Assembly: GCA_963422365.1 (NCBI GenBank)
Contig: OY729426.1
Span: forward strand, 96,001-160,000
DNA: 64,000 bases
Direction: 5' to 3'
DNA from: Nitrospirales bacterium
Lineage (GTDB): Bacteria > Nitrospirota > Nitrospiria > Nitrospirales > UBA8639
Part shown: positions 10,113-21,605 of the stretch, in pieces
Position numbering within the stretch: the stretch's first letter is position 1
How the letters are laid out: each line of letters begins with the position of its first letter
The notes under the pieces: model-generated
What the model was told of the DNA's origin: nothing
Seen by the model: only the letters and a program-made list of their open reading frames with translations
Databases searched by the model: none
Program-made: the position numbers and the translations under genes

Positions 10113-11138
10113 TTAATCATGATACCCACCCACAATCTTATCAATAAAATTTAAGATTGAGGTTTTCTTCGTGATATCCTTCTCCAGCAGCAGCGCCTGT
10201 TGGTAATGATCTCCTGCAATCTCGGGTTTGCGTTTGAGATCATAGACTCGCCCCACACCAAATGTGGCCCTCGCATCATTGGGATTGGCTTTGAGCGCAA
10301 CATTAAAACTATCGAGAGCTGAATCAACCTGCCCCTTTTCCAATAAAATCCACCCCACTTCTGTCGCGGCTGGTCCGAAGTCCGGCATGATTCGCAGGGC
10401 TTCTTGATATTCCCGCAGGGCGAGGTCGCGTCGACCTTTTTGTTCATAGATCCCCGCCAACGCATAATGCACCTCAACGTCCTCGGGATTGAGCTTCATC
10501 GCGGTTTTATATTCACGAACCGCCGCGTCAATCTTCCCCTGTTCGGCAAGGGCACAGGCTAAATTCACGTATCCCAACGCATCATCGGGTGCGAGCTTGA
10601 TCAGCTCTCGATACTGGGGAATGGCCATTTCCAACTGACCGTGTTCTTGATACGCCACACCCAGGTTTAATCGAGCGGCTAAATAGGTCGGATCTAATTT
10701 GACGGCTTGGCGATACGCCTTGATGGCCTTATCCGTTTGTGCCATCCGTTGATAAATCTGAGCCAGAAAAAAATGAGGAAAGGGAGAGTCGGGGGCCAGG
10801 TGTCTCGCCGTTTGGTAACTCTTGATCGACTGCTCCGATTGGCCGGACTGCGCCAAAAACAGGCCATAGAGTAAATGAACGTATCCCTCCTCCGGATACG
10901 TCGCGTTGAGGCGATCAACCCATTCGCGGACATTCGCAATATCCGCCTCGTCCTGTAACGACCTCGCGTGCATCTGCCACGCCAAAGCAAATTCGCCTTT
11001 CAACAGATACATGGCATTCAAGGCAAACAACGCCCTAGGCCCGGCCGTCGCACTCTGCGTCCAGTGAGTCGCGGCGTCGATGACCGCATCCCAATCCCCT
11101 CTGAGCATGGCTTGTTCGATCGTCTGTTCTTCACTCAT
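10113..11138 (-). CDS. TPR-repeat protein
   Basis: Repeated TPR units (e.g. AARLNLGVAYQEHGQLEMAIPQY). Confidence 0.9.
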   Translation of the reverse strand: MSEEQTIEQAMLRGDWDAVIDAATHWTQSATAGPRALFALNAMYLLKGEFALAWQMHARSLQDEADIANVREWVDRLNATYPEEGYVHLLYGLFLAQSGQSEQSIKSYQTARHLAPDSPFPHFFLAQIYQRMAQTDKAIKAYRQAVKLDPTYLAARLNLGVAYQEHGQLEMAIPQYRELIKLAPDDALGYVNLACALAEQGKIDAAVREYKTAMKLNPEDVEVHYALAGIYEQKGRRDLALREYQEALRIMPDFGPAATEVGWILLEKGQVDSALDSFNVALKANPNDARATFGVGRVYDLKRKPEIAGDHYQQALLLEKDITKKTSILNFIDKIVGGYHD

Positions 11139-11204
11139 TTGACCACATTCATCTCTCGCAACCCCCAAAACCCCCAAAAAGGACTGAAGCGAGCGCCATT
11201 CGGC

Positions 11205-12698
11205 TCAGCGCGTCAGCGTATCCTCGACATCGGGTGGGGTGGCAGGAATCAATTCGCCTAAATGAGGATACTGATTCATGATTTGCTGTTTCATGGCCCA
11301 GGCCACCGCACGGTAGGACCAATGGCCTTTGACCCCTGACCGGAGTTGGCACATGTACTCCGCTTGGGCATAATCCATCTTAAAGACACACCGAACCTTG
11401 AAGCCAAAGGGAAGCACGTAAATCGAGGCCTCCTGATCCATGCCCCGCAACCGTTCGATATCCTGTTGAACCGCGTCCATGGCCATTTGATACTCTCGAT
11501 CCAGTTTCGCCTCATACAACGGATGAGGGATCTCATAGCCGTGGACGGTGGTAAAGTTTTGTTGGATTTGCTGGCACCGTCGATGCCGGTGCAGATCCCG
11601 CCATCCTCCAATATCCATCAACACGTCGAAGATTAAGGGATAGCCGCATCGACATTCCTTAATCAACTCGTCATAGGGACCTCGACGGCGAAAGGCCACT
11701 GCAAGGGTCTCCTGTTTTTCCTTCTCGGACCACTCCCGCACCAATTCCAAAATCCGGCGATACGGCGCATGACTGACGCGATACAACAAACTCGTGACCA
11801 ATTCATCCATCAACGAATGCGGCTCGATGAGATCAACCGGCACCACTTGATCGGTCCAAGCCGACGGCAGATCCAAACCCGCCTTGTGAAAAATTTTCTT
11901 GGCGTGCCTCGACAAATCACGATAGACCTCCGTTTGGTACTCATTGGCCTTGGCGTGACGGGCTAAGGTCGGCGCGAGCGGCTCCGCAGGTTTCCCTGTC
12001 TCACCGCCCAACGCTCCCCACACATTCGAAGGAGCTTTCGCACAGACATCTTGTAACTCCTGGCCAAGCGCCTGGAGTTCAGGAAGCTGCGTCGACAAGA
12101 ACCGGATGATTTGTTTTTCCAACGTCCGGATACTCACCACCTGTCCCACGTTCGTCGTGGTTGCCAAGGGCAACAAATACCGAGTGATATCGTAAACACG
12201 CGCAGCAAGGGTTCGACCATAATTCGCCTCGCTCATGGTCTCGGGCCTGGGAGATTGCCGTTGAAGATGTTCAAGAAGCCGATCATGAAACGTTCGATAG
12301 AGATTGAACAGACTACCGAGAATCCCGCGATAAAATGCCTCGGGTTCGGAATCCTTGATGGTTGACGGCACGTAACAGCCGGACACGGCAAAGTTTTGGT
12401 ACCGGCTGGACTTGGCCTGTCCATCCCACAGCGGTTCATCTTCCAGGCGAATGGCCGCTAATTCGGAAATGCCTTCCAGGCACACGGTCACGTGCCCAAG
12501 ATCGGCGATCGAAGCATGGCCATAGGCAAAATAGAACTGCTCCCAAAACTTTTCGGACGAGTGCCCATGTACCCACTGCAAACTGTCTTCGATGGAATCC
12601 TGAGAACGACTATATCGTGCAAGGGCATACGCCGCTTTCTCTGGCGGCATCGGAGCGAGGACGATCACTCGGCGTTTGTTTTTTTCCTCAACGGACAT
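11205..12698 (-). CDS. thyX: FAD-dependent thymidylate synthase-like protein (long, tandem-domain ThyX)
   Basis: ARYSRS, YGHASIADL, KSSRYQ, RDLHRHR and LRSGVKGHWSYR motifs. Confidence 0.85.
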   Translation of the reverse strand: MSVEEKNKRRVIVLAPMPPEKAAYALARYSRSQDSIEDSLQWVHGHSSEKFWEQFYFAYGHASIADLGHVTVCLEGISELAAIRLEDEPLWDGQAKSSRYQNFAVSGCYVPSTIKDSEPEAFYRGILGSLFNLYRTFHDRLLEHLQRQSPRPETMSEANYGRTLAARVYDITRYLLPLATTTNVGQVVSIRTLEKQIIRFLSTQLPELQALGQELQDVCAKAPSNVWGALGGETGKPAEPLAPTLARHAKANEYQTEVYRDLSRHAKKIFHKAGLDLPSAWTDQVVPVDLIEPHSLMDELVTSLLYRVSHAPYRRILELVREWSEKEKQETLAVAFRRRGPYDELIKECRCGYPLIFDVLMDIGGWRDLHRHRRCQQIQQNFTTVHGYEIPHPLYEAKLDREYQMAMDAVQQDIERLRGMDQEASIYVLPFGFKVRCVFKMDYAQAEYMCQLRSGVKGHWSYRAVAWAMKQQIMNQYPHLGELIPATPPDVEDTLTR

Positions 12699-12958
12699 GG
12701 AGCAAGTTTTTCTTCCGCTCTCCGACTTTATTCAACCTGCCGAAAGCGATTCACTATAGTCAGGCACATGCTCCAATCTCAAGTCGGCACGGTTTCCGTC
12801 TTGATAACGTTCTCAATAACGTGAAAAGAAAACCCTTGAAACAGGTTGCTCCGATGGCTAGACTCCCCTTTCCAATAAAAAGGATCCCACGGGACAACTC
12901 GAGACCGGGGTCGGGGCCGACACAGGAGCCGTTCCCGACAGAAGCGAAACACGCACGT

Positions 12959-14323
12959 ATGATCAAAAACGACCAACAACCCATCCATGGCCAATGGTCC
13001 TCTCGCTTAGCCTTTATCATGGCAGCTACGGGCGCTGCCGTCGGCCTCGGAAATATTTGGAAATTTCCCTATATTACAGGGGAAAACGGGGGTGGGGCCT
13101 TTGTCTTGGTCTATATCCTCTGTGTGGCTGCCTTGGGAATTCCACTGATGATGGCAGAGGTGATGCTCGGACGCCGCGGCAAACGAACGCCGGTCAATAC
13201 CATGCGAGTTCTGGCTGCGGAAACCAACGCCCGCCAAGGCTGGCAACTCATCGGGTGGTCCGGCACCTTGGCCGGCACACTGATTTTGTCTTATTACAGC
13301 GTCATCGGCGGATGGACCCTCGGGTATATTGTCCATGCAGCTACCGGTCGTTTCTCAGGTCTCAACGGAGATGGGAGCACGAGCCTCTTTGGAGACTTTG
13401 TGGGAAATCCCTTAGTTCAGGTGGGTTGGCATACGGTCTTCATGCTCATCACCATGTCCATCGTGGCCCGAGGAGTGCGGCATGGATTGGAAAAAGCCAT
13501 CACCTACCTTATGCCGGTCCTGGTTGTGCTGTTGTTCATTCTTTTGGGCTACGCCATGACCACCGGCTACTTCATGCAAGGGCTCGCCTTTTTATTCACG
13601 CCCGACTTCAGCCACTTTTCAGGCACCAGCATGCTCACGGCCCTGGGGCACGCGTTTTTCACGTTGAGCCTGGGAATGGGCACCATCATGATCTATGGGG
13701 CCTATGTTCCCGAAGACACTTCCATCGCCAGTACGTCCGTGGCCGTGGCCGTGGCCGACACGATGGTCGCCCTCATCGCGGGCATGGCGATTTTTCCTAT
13801 TGTTTTTGCCAATACCCTCACGCCCGGAGCCGGCCCGAGTCTCATTTTTGAAACCCTTCCCGTGGCCTTCGGCAACATGGCGGGCGGGACATTGTTCGGA
13901 ACACTCTTTTTTATCTTGCTCCTCGTGGCAGCCTGGACATCTTCCATTTCATTGATCGAACCGGCGGTCACCATGATGATCGAACATTTCAACATGACTC
14001 GTCACACGGCCGCCTTCTGGACCGGACTGGCCACGTGGCTATTGGGATTCGGCACGGCCTTTTCATTCAACATCTGGGCAGACGTCGAAGTTTTGGGGCT
14101 GACCTTTTTCGATCACCTCGATTTCCTCACCTCAAACCTCATGCTGCCAATAGGCGGAATCGGTATGGCCATCTTCACCGGTTGGGTGATGACCAAAAAA
14201 ATGAGCCGAGCTGAACTCGGCATGAAAAATGAAACAGGCTATTCCATTTGGCAGGTGTCGATTCGATTCATTGCCCCTCTCGCGGTTTCGATTGTCCTCC
14301 TTCACGCCATCGGCGTATTTTGA
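12959..14323 (+). CDS. Sodium-dependent transporter (NSS/SNF family)
   Basis: WSSRLAFIMAATGAAVGLGNIWKFPY...GGGAF, AFFTLSLG, multiple TM segments. Confidence 0.95.
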   Translation: MIKNDQQPIHGQWSSRLAFIMAATGAAVGLGNIWKFPYITGENGGGAFVLVYILCVAALGIPLMMAEVMLGRRGKRTPVNTMRVLAAETNARQGWQLIGWSGTLAGTLILSYYSVIGGWTLGYIVHAATGRFSGLNGDGSTSLFGDFVGNPLVQVGWHTVFMLITMSIVARGVRHGLEKAITYLMPVLVVLLFILLGYAMTTGYFMQGLAFLFTPDFSHFSGTSMLTALGHAFFTLSLGMGTIMIYGAYVPEDTSIASTSVAVAVADTMVALIAGMAIFPIVFANTLTPGAGPSLIFETLPVAFGNMAGGTLFGTLFFILLLVAAWTSSISLIEPAVTMMIEHFNMTRHTAAFWTGLATWLLGFGTAFSFNIWADVEVLGLTFFDHLDFLTSNLMLPIGGIGMAIFTGWVMTKKMSRAELGMKNETGYSIWQVSIRFIAPLAVSIVLLHAIGVF

Positions 14324-14350
14324 AAACCGGGCAACAAAACATTCCAGGGA

Positions 14351-14418
14351 AGAACCCCCTGATTGACTGTGATAGCGGGACGCCGTAAGGCGTCCCATAG
14401 CGAAACGTATTAAGTACA
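14351..14418. repeat. Palindromic element with perfect 8-bp hairpin GGGACGCC-GTAA-GGCGTCCC (terminator or REP/MITE-like)
   Basis: Hairpin at 14377-14396 with no U-tract on either strand. Confidence 0.45.
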
Positions 14419-14686
14419 CGGCAGCCCCCCCCCATGCCCACTTGCCTCCTGAACACCAAGGGATGGAAATGGGGTATGGGTGGCGGAAGCAGTTGTAGAG
14501 CCACATCCAGAGTCAAAGCCCGGGACATGCCTTATGCGGTCAAGAATCGGTTCCATGAGTCTGTTCCAGACCCTGATTGGGGAATGGCGTCGCTACACCA
14601 AAGGAAGGAGGGCGGGCTCATTTTCCGGATTTCGATCCATTCTCTTCCCTTGCAACCATTGGTCGTTTCTCCTACCGTAGCGCATC

Positions 14687-16363
14687 ATGTCGAAAAAGCG
14701 TTTGTGGTTCTACTGCCTGCTCACGGGTACGGGGTATTCGCTTTCCGTTTCCAATTTATTGGAAGGTTTTCCCTGGGGCGTGTTCGCCTGGATTGCGTTA
14801 CTGCCCCTCCACCGGGTGCTGATCGGCGTCACAACGGGTCAAGCCTTTTTACGCGGATGGTTGACGGGATTTTTGGCGTTTACCGGCACGATGTATTGGG
14901 TCGTGATCGCGATGCATCTCTATGGTCAAGTCCCCCTCCCCATCAGCATCGTGCTCATGTTTACATTGGCGGGGTATCTGGGGCTGTACGTCGGGCTGTA
15001 TGCCTGGGGATTTATCTGGCTGGAACAACGATGGGCCACCGGCGCGTGGATCGTGGCACCCTGCTTGTGGGTCTCTCTGGAGTATGGACGCACCTACGCG
15101 TTGAGTGGACTCCCCTGGGGCCTGTTAGGTTACTCTCAATTTCAATGGCTGTCGATCATCCAGATCGCACACATCACCGGCGTCTACGGCGTGTCATTTC
15201 TCATTGTGGTGGTGAACGTCTCATTGTTTCTTCTGCTCCGTTGGGTTTGGGCAGAAAAACCGCAGAGATCCCCCCTCCTCCGGCCCTGGATTCCGCTCGC
15301 CTCATCCGTTGTGGCCATCCTCGTGGTCTGGCTCTATGGGCTGAGTCAACTGCATCTTCCTCGCTCGGAGAGCCTCACCATTGGGGTCGTTCAAGCCAAT
15401 ATCGATCAAGCGCATAAATGGGACGCAGCCTATCGCGTGGAAACGTTGGAACAATACCGCCGGCTCACAAAAACCGTCAGTCCCAAATCCGATCTGATTC
15501 TTTGGCCTGAAGCGGCCACGCCCTTTTTGTTCGAACGAAACGTAGGCTATCAATCGCTGGTGATGGAGATGATAAAGGACGCGCAGGTGCCACTGGTGTT
15601 TGGAAGTCCGGCCCTTCGGCCTCAAATCGACGGCACCCCGTCTCTGCTGAATAGCGCCTATGTTCTGACCCCCTCCAGGGGTATCACCGGGCGGTATGAC
15701 AAGCAACATCTCGTCCCCTTCGGTGAATATATTCCCCTGAAACAGGTTCTCTTTTTCCTGGACAAGTTGGTGGTCGGCATCGGCGATTTTCAGCCGGGAC
15801 CAGGCCCGACCCTGCTCTCCCTTCCACGTGGATCAGGACAACGACAGGTTCGGTTTGGTGTCGCTATTTGCTACGAGGTCATTTTTCCGGATCTTGTACG
15901 GCGACTCGCCAGCGAAGGCGCCAATTTTTTGGTCACGATCACCAATGACGCCTGGTTCAGGAAAACCGTCGCCCCGTATCAACATTTCGGGATGGTCGTC
16001 TTCCGCGCCGTTGAAAACCGTATGGCGGTTGCCCGCGCCGCCAATACCGGCATTTCCGGATTTATCGATCCGACCGGACGCATGATCACGGCCACGCCCA
16101 TTTTTACCGAACAGGCTATCACCGGATCGATTCCCCTGAGCGCGCCCTCGACGTTTTATACACGATTTGGCGATGTGTTTGCGTGGGCCTGTGTTATAAT
16201 AGCCTTGTGTTTGCTATCATTCGCTCGTTTTTTTCCCACAGACCACCCGCGGTTGACACCTGGTTTTCACCACGACGCAAAGGAGCCACGCATGCTTGAG
16301 GATATTCGAAACCGTTTGCAAGCCACCGGAGACCACATCAAAGAGTTACGGAGGCGTCTTTGA
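14687..16363 (+). CDS. lnt: Apolipoprotein N-acyltransferase; the ORF continues in frame through the prfB N-terminus
   Basis: [58 protein letters not shown]. Confidence 0.95.
   Translation: MSKKRLWFYCLLTGTGYSLSVSNLLEGFPWGVFAWIALLPLHRVLIGVTTGQAFLRGWLTGFLAFTGTMYWVVIAMHLYGQVPLPISIVLMFTLAGYLGLYVGLYAWGFIWLEQRWATGAWIVAPCLWVSLEYGRTYALSGLPWGLLGYSQFQWLSIIQIAHITGVYGVSFLIVVVNVSLFLLLRWVWAEKPQRSPLLRPWIPLASSVVAILVVWLYGLSQLHLPRSESLTIGVVQANIDQAHKWDAAYRVETLEQYRRLTKTVSPKSDLILWPEAATPFLFERNVGYQSLVMEMIKDAQVPLVFGSPALRPQIDGTPSLLNSAYVLTPSRGITGRYDKQHLVPFGEYIPLKQVLFFLDKLVVGIGDFQPGPGPTLLSLPRGSGQRQVRFGVAICYEVIFPDLVRRLASEGANFLVTITNDAWFRKTVAPYQHFGMVVFRAVENRMAVARAANTGISGFIDPTGRMITATPIFTEQAITGSIPLSAPSTFYTRFGDVFAWACVIIALCLLSFARFFPTDHPRLTPGFHHDAKEPRMLEDIRNRLQATGDHIKELRRRL
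16192..16200 (+). promoter_or_regulatory. Extended -10 promoter (TGnTATAAT) inside the lnt 3' end, probably for prfB-lysS
   Basis: Exact TGTTATAAT about 90 nt upstream of the prfB ATG. Confidence 0.55.
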
Positions 16364-17402
16364 CCTGCCTCGACTACGGAACGAACGAGAGGAACTCGAT
16401 CAAGAAAGCGCCCAACCTGATTTCTGGAAAAATTCGCAAATCGCGACCACGGTTGGACGGCGCAAAGCCACGATTGAACGAGACATCTCCCGCATCACCG
16501 ATTTTGAGCAAAGGCAGGCTGATCTAGAAGCCACGCTCGACCTCATCGGGGAAGAGGATGATGCCGAACTCGAAACCGAATTAACTCAGGGCATTCAAAC
16601 GCTGGAAACGCTTCTGGAGCACCTGCGCACAGAGCAGTTACTGGCCGGTGCGCATGATGTTCGATCCGCCATGCTGGGCATCACCCCCGGGGCCGGCGGA
16701 ACGGAATCGCAGGATTGGGCCCAAATGTTGATGCGGATGTTCGTACGCTGGGCTGAGAACAAGAAGTTCAAGGTCGGCACAATCGACATTCAACCCGGTG
16801 ATGAAGCCGGGATCAAAAGTGCCACGTTGAGTATCGAGGGCCCCTATGCCTATGGCTATTTGAAATCGGAAGCCGGGGTGCATCGTTTAGTGCGGATCTC
16901 TCCGTTTGATGCCAACAAACGTCGCCATACGTCGTTTGCCGCCGTTTCGGTGTATCCCGAACTGGATGACGAGGTTGAGGTCGAGATAGATGAAAAAGAT
17001 CTGAGGATCGATACGTTTCGTGCAGGCGGGGCCGGCGGCCAGAACGTCAACAAAGTCGAAACCGCCATTCGCATGACGCACCTTCCCACCGGAATCGTCG
17101 TGCAATGTCAGAACGAGCGCTCGCAGTTACAAAACCGCATGGGCGCCATGCGTGTCATGAAAGCGAAGTTGTTCGAGTTGGAACAACGGAAAAAGGAGTC
17201 CGAATTTCAAAACATCGTCGGCGAAAAAAAAGACATCGCCTGGGGCAGTCAAATTCGGTCGTATGTGTTCCAACCGTATCAAATGGTCAAAGACCACCGA
17301 ACGAATCAGGAATCCGGGAATATCGCGTCGGTCATGGATGGAGACCTCGATCCCTTCATTGAAGCCTATTTGAAACAGACCATAGCCGCCACGAGTTCAT
17401 AA
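16292..17402 (+). CDS. prfB: Peptide chain release factor 2 with programmed +1 frameshift
   Basis: AGGAG RBS, ATG at 16292, SPF and GGQ motifs in the +1 frame, frameshift cassette GGAGG-CGT-CTT-TGA-C. Confidence 0.97.
16350..16364 (+). promoter_or_regulatory. RF2 autoregulatory +1 frameshift site
   Basis: Internal SD GGAGG, 3-nt spacer, then CTTTGAC, as in the canonical prfB cassette. Confidence 0.95.
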
Positions 17403-17459
17403 CGACCCGGCGGGAGTCCATGGAACCGTTGGGTCTTCATTGCGATGTATTGGAATGAC

Positions 17460-18950
17460 ATGATGGATGAATCAAACGAACAACGCACGCAACGCATTCA
17501 AAAACTCGACGTGCTCAAAGCCATGGCGGTGCAGCCCTATGGCACCCGCTTTGAGACGACTCACCAGGTTGCACACCTCGTGGCGGCATATGGATCAAAC
17601 GCCAAAGACGAACTCGAGCAACAGCCAATCGACTGTCGTATCGCGGGACGCATCGTGGCGTTTCGCCGGTTCGGCAAAGCCGCGTTCGCCTCGCTTCAGG
17701 ACGGCGCGCATCGGCTCCAGGTATATTTGAAAAAGGACGTGCTCGGAGACGACGCCTTTCGCCTCTCCCAAGAATTGGATTTAGGCGATTGGATCGGGGT
17801 GGAAGGTCGGTTGTTCCGCACGAAAACCGATGAGTTGACCGTCGAAGTCCGCATGCTGACGTTTTTGTCGAAAGGACTTCGCCCCCTTCCTGAAAAGTGG
17901 CATGGCTTGACGGATATTGAAATCCGGTACCGGCAACGCTATGTGGACCTGATTGCCAACCCGAACGTCCACGCCATTTTTGAAACACGCAGCAGGATCA
18001 TCACGGGCATCCGCAACTATCTCACCGAGCAAGGGTTCCTCGAAGTGGAAACGCCGATGATGCACCTCATCCCCGGGGGGGCCACAGCCCGCCCATTCGT
18101 GACGCACCACAATTCTCTCAATACGAATCTCTATCTGCGTGTCGCGCCGGAGCTCTATCTCAAACGCTTGATCGTCGGTGGCTTTCGGCGCGTGTTTGAA
18201 ATCAATCGAAATTTTCGCAATGAAGGCATCTCGACCATCCATAATCCGGAATTCACCATGCTGGAGTTTTACCAAGCCTATGCCGACTACCGGGACCTCA
18301 TGGCGTTGACCGAAGATCTGTTCGGCACACTCGCGCGGGATATCCACGGCAGCCCCACGCTGGAGTACCAAGGGCACATGATCGACCTGACTCCCCCATG
18401 GCGCCGTCTTCCCTATTTCGAAGCCATCGTCGAGCACAATACATTCGACCGAACGGTTCTTGAAGATCAGGCGGCGGCAACAGCCGCGGCCCGACAACTC
18501 GGGTTGGAAATTCCCAAGGAGGCCTCACTGGTTGGAATCTTGAACATGATTTTTGAAGAAACCGTGGAACACCGGCTGACTCAACCCACGTTTATCACGG
18601 ACTACCCCACGGAGATCTCTCCGCTCTCGCGAAGGAAGGACACAGACCCGCACCTCACCGACCGGTTTGAATTGTTTATCGCCGGCCGTGAGCTGGCAAA
18701 TGGGTTTTCCGAGTTGAACGATCCGCTTGACCAACGCCAACGCTTTGCAATCCAAGCGTCTCAACGGGAAGCCGGCGACGATGAAGCGCATGATTTCGAT
18801 GAAGATTTCCTGCGCGCCTTGGAATATGGGATGCCTCCGACGGCGGGAGAAGGCATCGGCATTGATCGCCTGGTGATGGTGTTCACGAATCAAGCCTCGA
18901 TCCGCGACGTTATTCTCTTTCCTCAACTCCGACCGGAGAAACCGTTGTGA
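17460..18950 (+). CDS. lysS: Lysine-tRNA ligase (class II)
   Basis: [49 protein letters not shown]. Confidence 0.98.
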   Translation: MMDESNEQRTQRIQKLDVLKAMAVQPYGTRFETTHQVAHLVAAYGSNAKDELEQQPIDCRIAGRIVAFRRFGKAAFASLQDGAHRLQVYLKKDVLGDDAFRLSQELDLGDWIGVEGRLFRTKTDELTVEVRMLTFLSKGLRPLPEKWHGLTDIEIRYRQRYVDLIANPNVHAIFETRSRIITGIRNYLTEQGFLEVETPMMHLIPGGATARPFVTHHNSLNTNLYLRVAPELYLKRLIVGGFRRVFEINRNFRNEGISTIHNPEFTMLEFYQAYADYRDLMALTEDLFGTLARDIHGSPTLEYQGHMIDLTPPWRRLPYFEAIVEHNTFDRTVLEDQAAATAAARQLGLEIPKEASLVGILNMIFEETVEHRLTQPTFITDYPTEISPLSRRKDTDPHLTDRFELFIAGRELANGFSELNDPLDQRQRFAIQASQREAGDDEAHDFDEDFLRALEYGMPPTAGEGIGIDRLVMVFTNQASIRDVILFPQLRPEKPL

Positions 18951-20221
18951 CCCTGCCGTATGAAATTTTCGTGGGGCTTCGGTATCTCCGAGCCAAACGT
19001 CGAACCCGAACCATTTCTCTCAACACCGTCATTTCGATCACCGGCATCACGTTGGGCGTCGCCGCGCTCATCGGAACCCTCGGGATTATGACGGGGTTTA
19101 AGGAAGACATGCAGGCGAAGATTTTAGGAACAACCTCGCACGTCGTGATTCAGGCACAGGGGCAGCAACCCATGGCCGGGTATTCGGAACTGATTCAGCA
19201 AGTGGAAAAGGTGCCGGGAGTGGTCGCGGCCACCCCGTACATTTTCAAACAAGTGCTACTCACCTCGGAAACCGGGGTGCAAGGGGTGGTCCTGCGTGGC
19301 ATCGATCCGGATAAAGAACCCGAGGTCACGGAAATGACCAAGAACGTGACATTCGGCACCGTACAGGATTTAGCTGCCCCGCAGCCGCCCAAGCCGACCG
19401 AGGTCCCGACGGACGCCTCCACCAGGGCTGCCCAGAAACCCGGCATCATTTTAGGCAAAGAATTAGCCATGCGTCTCGGGGTATTCGTCGGCAATCGGAT
19501 CAACGTCGTGTCTCCCGTCGGCCCGATCAGCGCATTGGGAATGACTCCGAAAATTCGCCAATTTCACGTCATCGGATTATTTGAGTCCGGCATGTACGAA
19601 TATGACTCCTCGCTGGCCTACATTGCGCTGGATGAGGCTCAACGGTTTTTCAGTCTGGGCCAAACCGCAACGGGCATCGAAGTGAAAGTGGACGACGTGT
19701 TTACCGCCGACACCATTGCCGCACGGATTGAGGCAGGACTCGGGATCGGGTATAGGGCAAGAGACTGGATGGTCTTAAACCGGAATTTGTTTTCGGCCTT
19801 ACGTCTCGAAAAAACCATGATGTTTTTGTTGTTGGTCCTGATTACGCTGGTCGCGTCCTTTAATATCGTGGGCACACTCACCATGATCGTCAACGAAAAG
19901 CAACGAGAGATCGCCATTCTGAAAGCCATGGGCGCCACCCCTCAAGCCATCATGCGCATTTTCATGTTGAACGGCGTGGTCATCGGCTTAACCGGCACGG
20001 CGATCGGCATCCCCTTGGGGTACACCTTTCTCTACCTCATCGAAAATTATTGGACCTTCGATCAAACCGTGTATTACATCTCACACATTCCGGTCCACGT
20101 GAAGGCCCTGGACGTGTTCCTGGTTTCGTGTTCCGCTATGCTGATCAGCTTTGTCGCCACGCTGTATCCGTCGCGGCAGGCCGCCAAACTCGCACCGGTC
20201 AGCGCCCTTCGGTACGAGTAA
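18947..20221 (+). CDS. lolE: Lipoprotein-releasing ABC transporter permease LolC/E
   Basis: MacB/FtsX layout, [32 protein letters not shown], directly upstream of lolD. Confidence 0.92.
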   Translation: MTLPYEIFVGLRYLRAKRRTRTISLNTVISITGITLGVAALIGTLGIMTGFKEDMQAKILGTTSHVVIQAQGQQPMAGYSELIQQVEKVPGVVAATPYIFKQVLLTSETGVQGVVLRGIDPDKEPEVTEMTKNVTFGTVQDLAAPQPPKPTEVPTDASTRAAQKPGIILGKELAMRLGVFVGNRINVVSPVGPISALGMTPKIRQFHVIGLFESGMYEYDSSLAYIALDEAQRFFSLGQTATGIEVKVDDVFTADTIAARIEAGLGIGYRARDWMVLNRNLFSALRLEKTMMFLLLVLITLVASFNIVGTLTMIVNEKQREIAILKAMGATPQAIMRIFMLNGVVIGLTGTAIGIPLGYTFLYLIENYWTFDQTVYYISHIPVHVKALDVFLVSCSAMLISFVATLYPSRQAAKLAPVSALRYE

Positions 20222-20934
20222 TGCCCATGCGCACTTCTCCTGATTCAGCATCGCCGTTTCTTCAAGTAACCGACTTGTCCAAGTCGTTCCTCTTGGGAAA
20301 TCAAACCATCGATGTGCTCAAGGGCATTAATTTGGAAGTCTGTCGAGGAGAGATGCTCGCGATGGTCGGGGCTTCAGGAGCAGGGAAAAGCACCCTGCTC
20401 CATATTTTAGGCACCCTGGATCGACCAACGCGAGGAACGGTGTGCTATGAATCCCAAAATATTTTCCGTTTATCGGAACAGGAGCTTGCCCATTTTCGAA
20501 ACCGGCGCATCGGGTTTGTGTTCCAATTTCATCACCTCCTGCCAGAATTTACGGCGCTGGAAAACACCTCCCTCCCCAGCCTCATGCAAAAACGCCCGAC
20601 TGCGCAGTGCATCGAAGAAGCAAGCGCGCTCCTTTCGGAAGTCGGCTTAGGACATCGCTTGCATCACAAACCCGGCGAATTGTCCGGAGGCGAGCAACAA
20701 CGAGTGGCCGTGGCACGCGCGCTCATTCACAGCCCGGACTTGGTCCTGGCAGACGAACCAACAGGGAATCTGGACACGCACACCGGCGAAACCCTGTTCG
20801 CCCTGTTGCGAAAGTTAAACGAACAACGCCAGACCGCATTCGTGATCGTCACCCACAACGAACACCTCTCTCGCCAAGCAGATAGATCGATCCACGTGGT
20901 AGACGGACGGATCGTGAATGGGGGCGGCGAGTAA
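20221..20934 (+). CDS. lolD: Lipoprotein-releasing ABC transporter ATPase
   Basis: GASGAGKSTLL, FQFHHLLPEF, LSGGEQQR, LADEPTGNLD. Confidence 0.93.
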   Translation: MPMRTSPDSASPFLQVTDLSKSFLLGNQTIDVLKGINLEVCRGEMLAMVGASGAGKSTLLHILGTLDRPTRGTVCYESQNIFRLSEQELAHFRNRRIGFVFQFHHLLPEFTALENTSLPSLMQKRPTAQCIEEASALLSEVGLGHRLHHKPGELSGGEQQRVAVARALIHSPDLVLADEPTGNLDTHTGETLFALLRKLNEQRQTAFVIVTHNEHLSRQADRSIHVVDGRIVNGGGE

Positions 20935-20938
20935 AACG

Positions 20939-21079
20939 AGCAAGAATCTGCCGCTGGTCGGCAAGCTGCTTAGTCATGGGCGACACCAAACCACGGCGGG
21001 CTACGCTGACCTTGCCGACGGGCACCTCGTCGAGGCGGCGGAGAAGGTCGGCGCCGTCATTGCCAGTGTGGTGCGCTGA
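20939..21079 (+). pseudogene. C-terminal fragment of a tyrosine recombinase/integrase
   Basis: Hand translation NLPLVGKLLSHGRHQTTAGYADLADGHLVEAAEKVG is a degenerate LLGH...TT.xY motif; there is no N-terminal part. Confidence 0.75.
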
Positions 21080-21259
21080 ATCTATTCGTCAGAAATGACG
21101 AACCTGGACAAGAGAGCATTCAACATATCGAATAATGATTTTCCGAATACCTGATGGAGTCCGGCTCGCAGCCAAGATAAATCCTTCCCCTGTTGAGCAA
21201 ACGGGAATTTCTCCAGCCAATACACCAAAGCCAGCTTTACACGCTGCGTGAGAGTCCAA

Positions 21260-21530
21260 CCAATCGTGCCGGCGGCACTCGGCGCGGCCAGCGGTTTTGC
21301 CTCAGTGAGAGTCCTCACTCTCTACATCAATAGCCTGCAAGTGAGTGAGCACTATGCGCGGTCGGAACTCCTGTAGCTGGTTTGTCCTCTAGCGATCTAT
21401 TGGTTAGGACGTATGGCGCTGCTTGCCAATCACGGGCTCGTTGCTGATGACCCGCTAATCTTCGCCTTGAACGACCGCACCAGTTGGCTGAACAGTGTCG
21501 GGATTTTAGCTGTTAGTGGTGGCGCTCTAA
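21260..21530 (+). pseudogene. UbiA-family prenyltransferase C-terminal remnant
   Basis: ALGAASGFASVRVLTLYINS...ELL*LVCPLAIYWLGRMALLANHGLVADDPLIFALNDRTSW, with an in-frame TAG at 21374 where Trp is expected. Confidence 0.7.
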
Positions 21531-21605
21531 TGGCCAGCGGCATGAAGCTCTCTGGCCGTGGCCGTTATCCTGTGCTCAATTGTCGGGTAGAGCACCTGCG
21601 TGAGC
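21530..21605 (+). pseudogene. N-terminal stub of a DprE1-like FAD oxidoreductase (copy 1)
   Basis: MASGMKLSGRGRYPVLNCRVE, resembling MKLSGWGRYP, immediately after the ubiA remnant. Confidence 0.55.

Noticed and set aside
12362..12958. N-terminal extension of the NSS transporter (653-aa ORF)
   Set aside because: It overlaps thyX on the opposite strand; family similarity starts near 12959.
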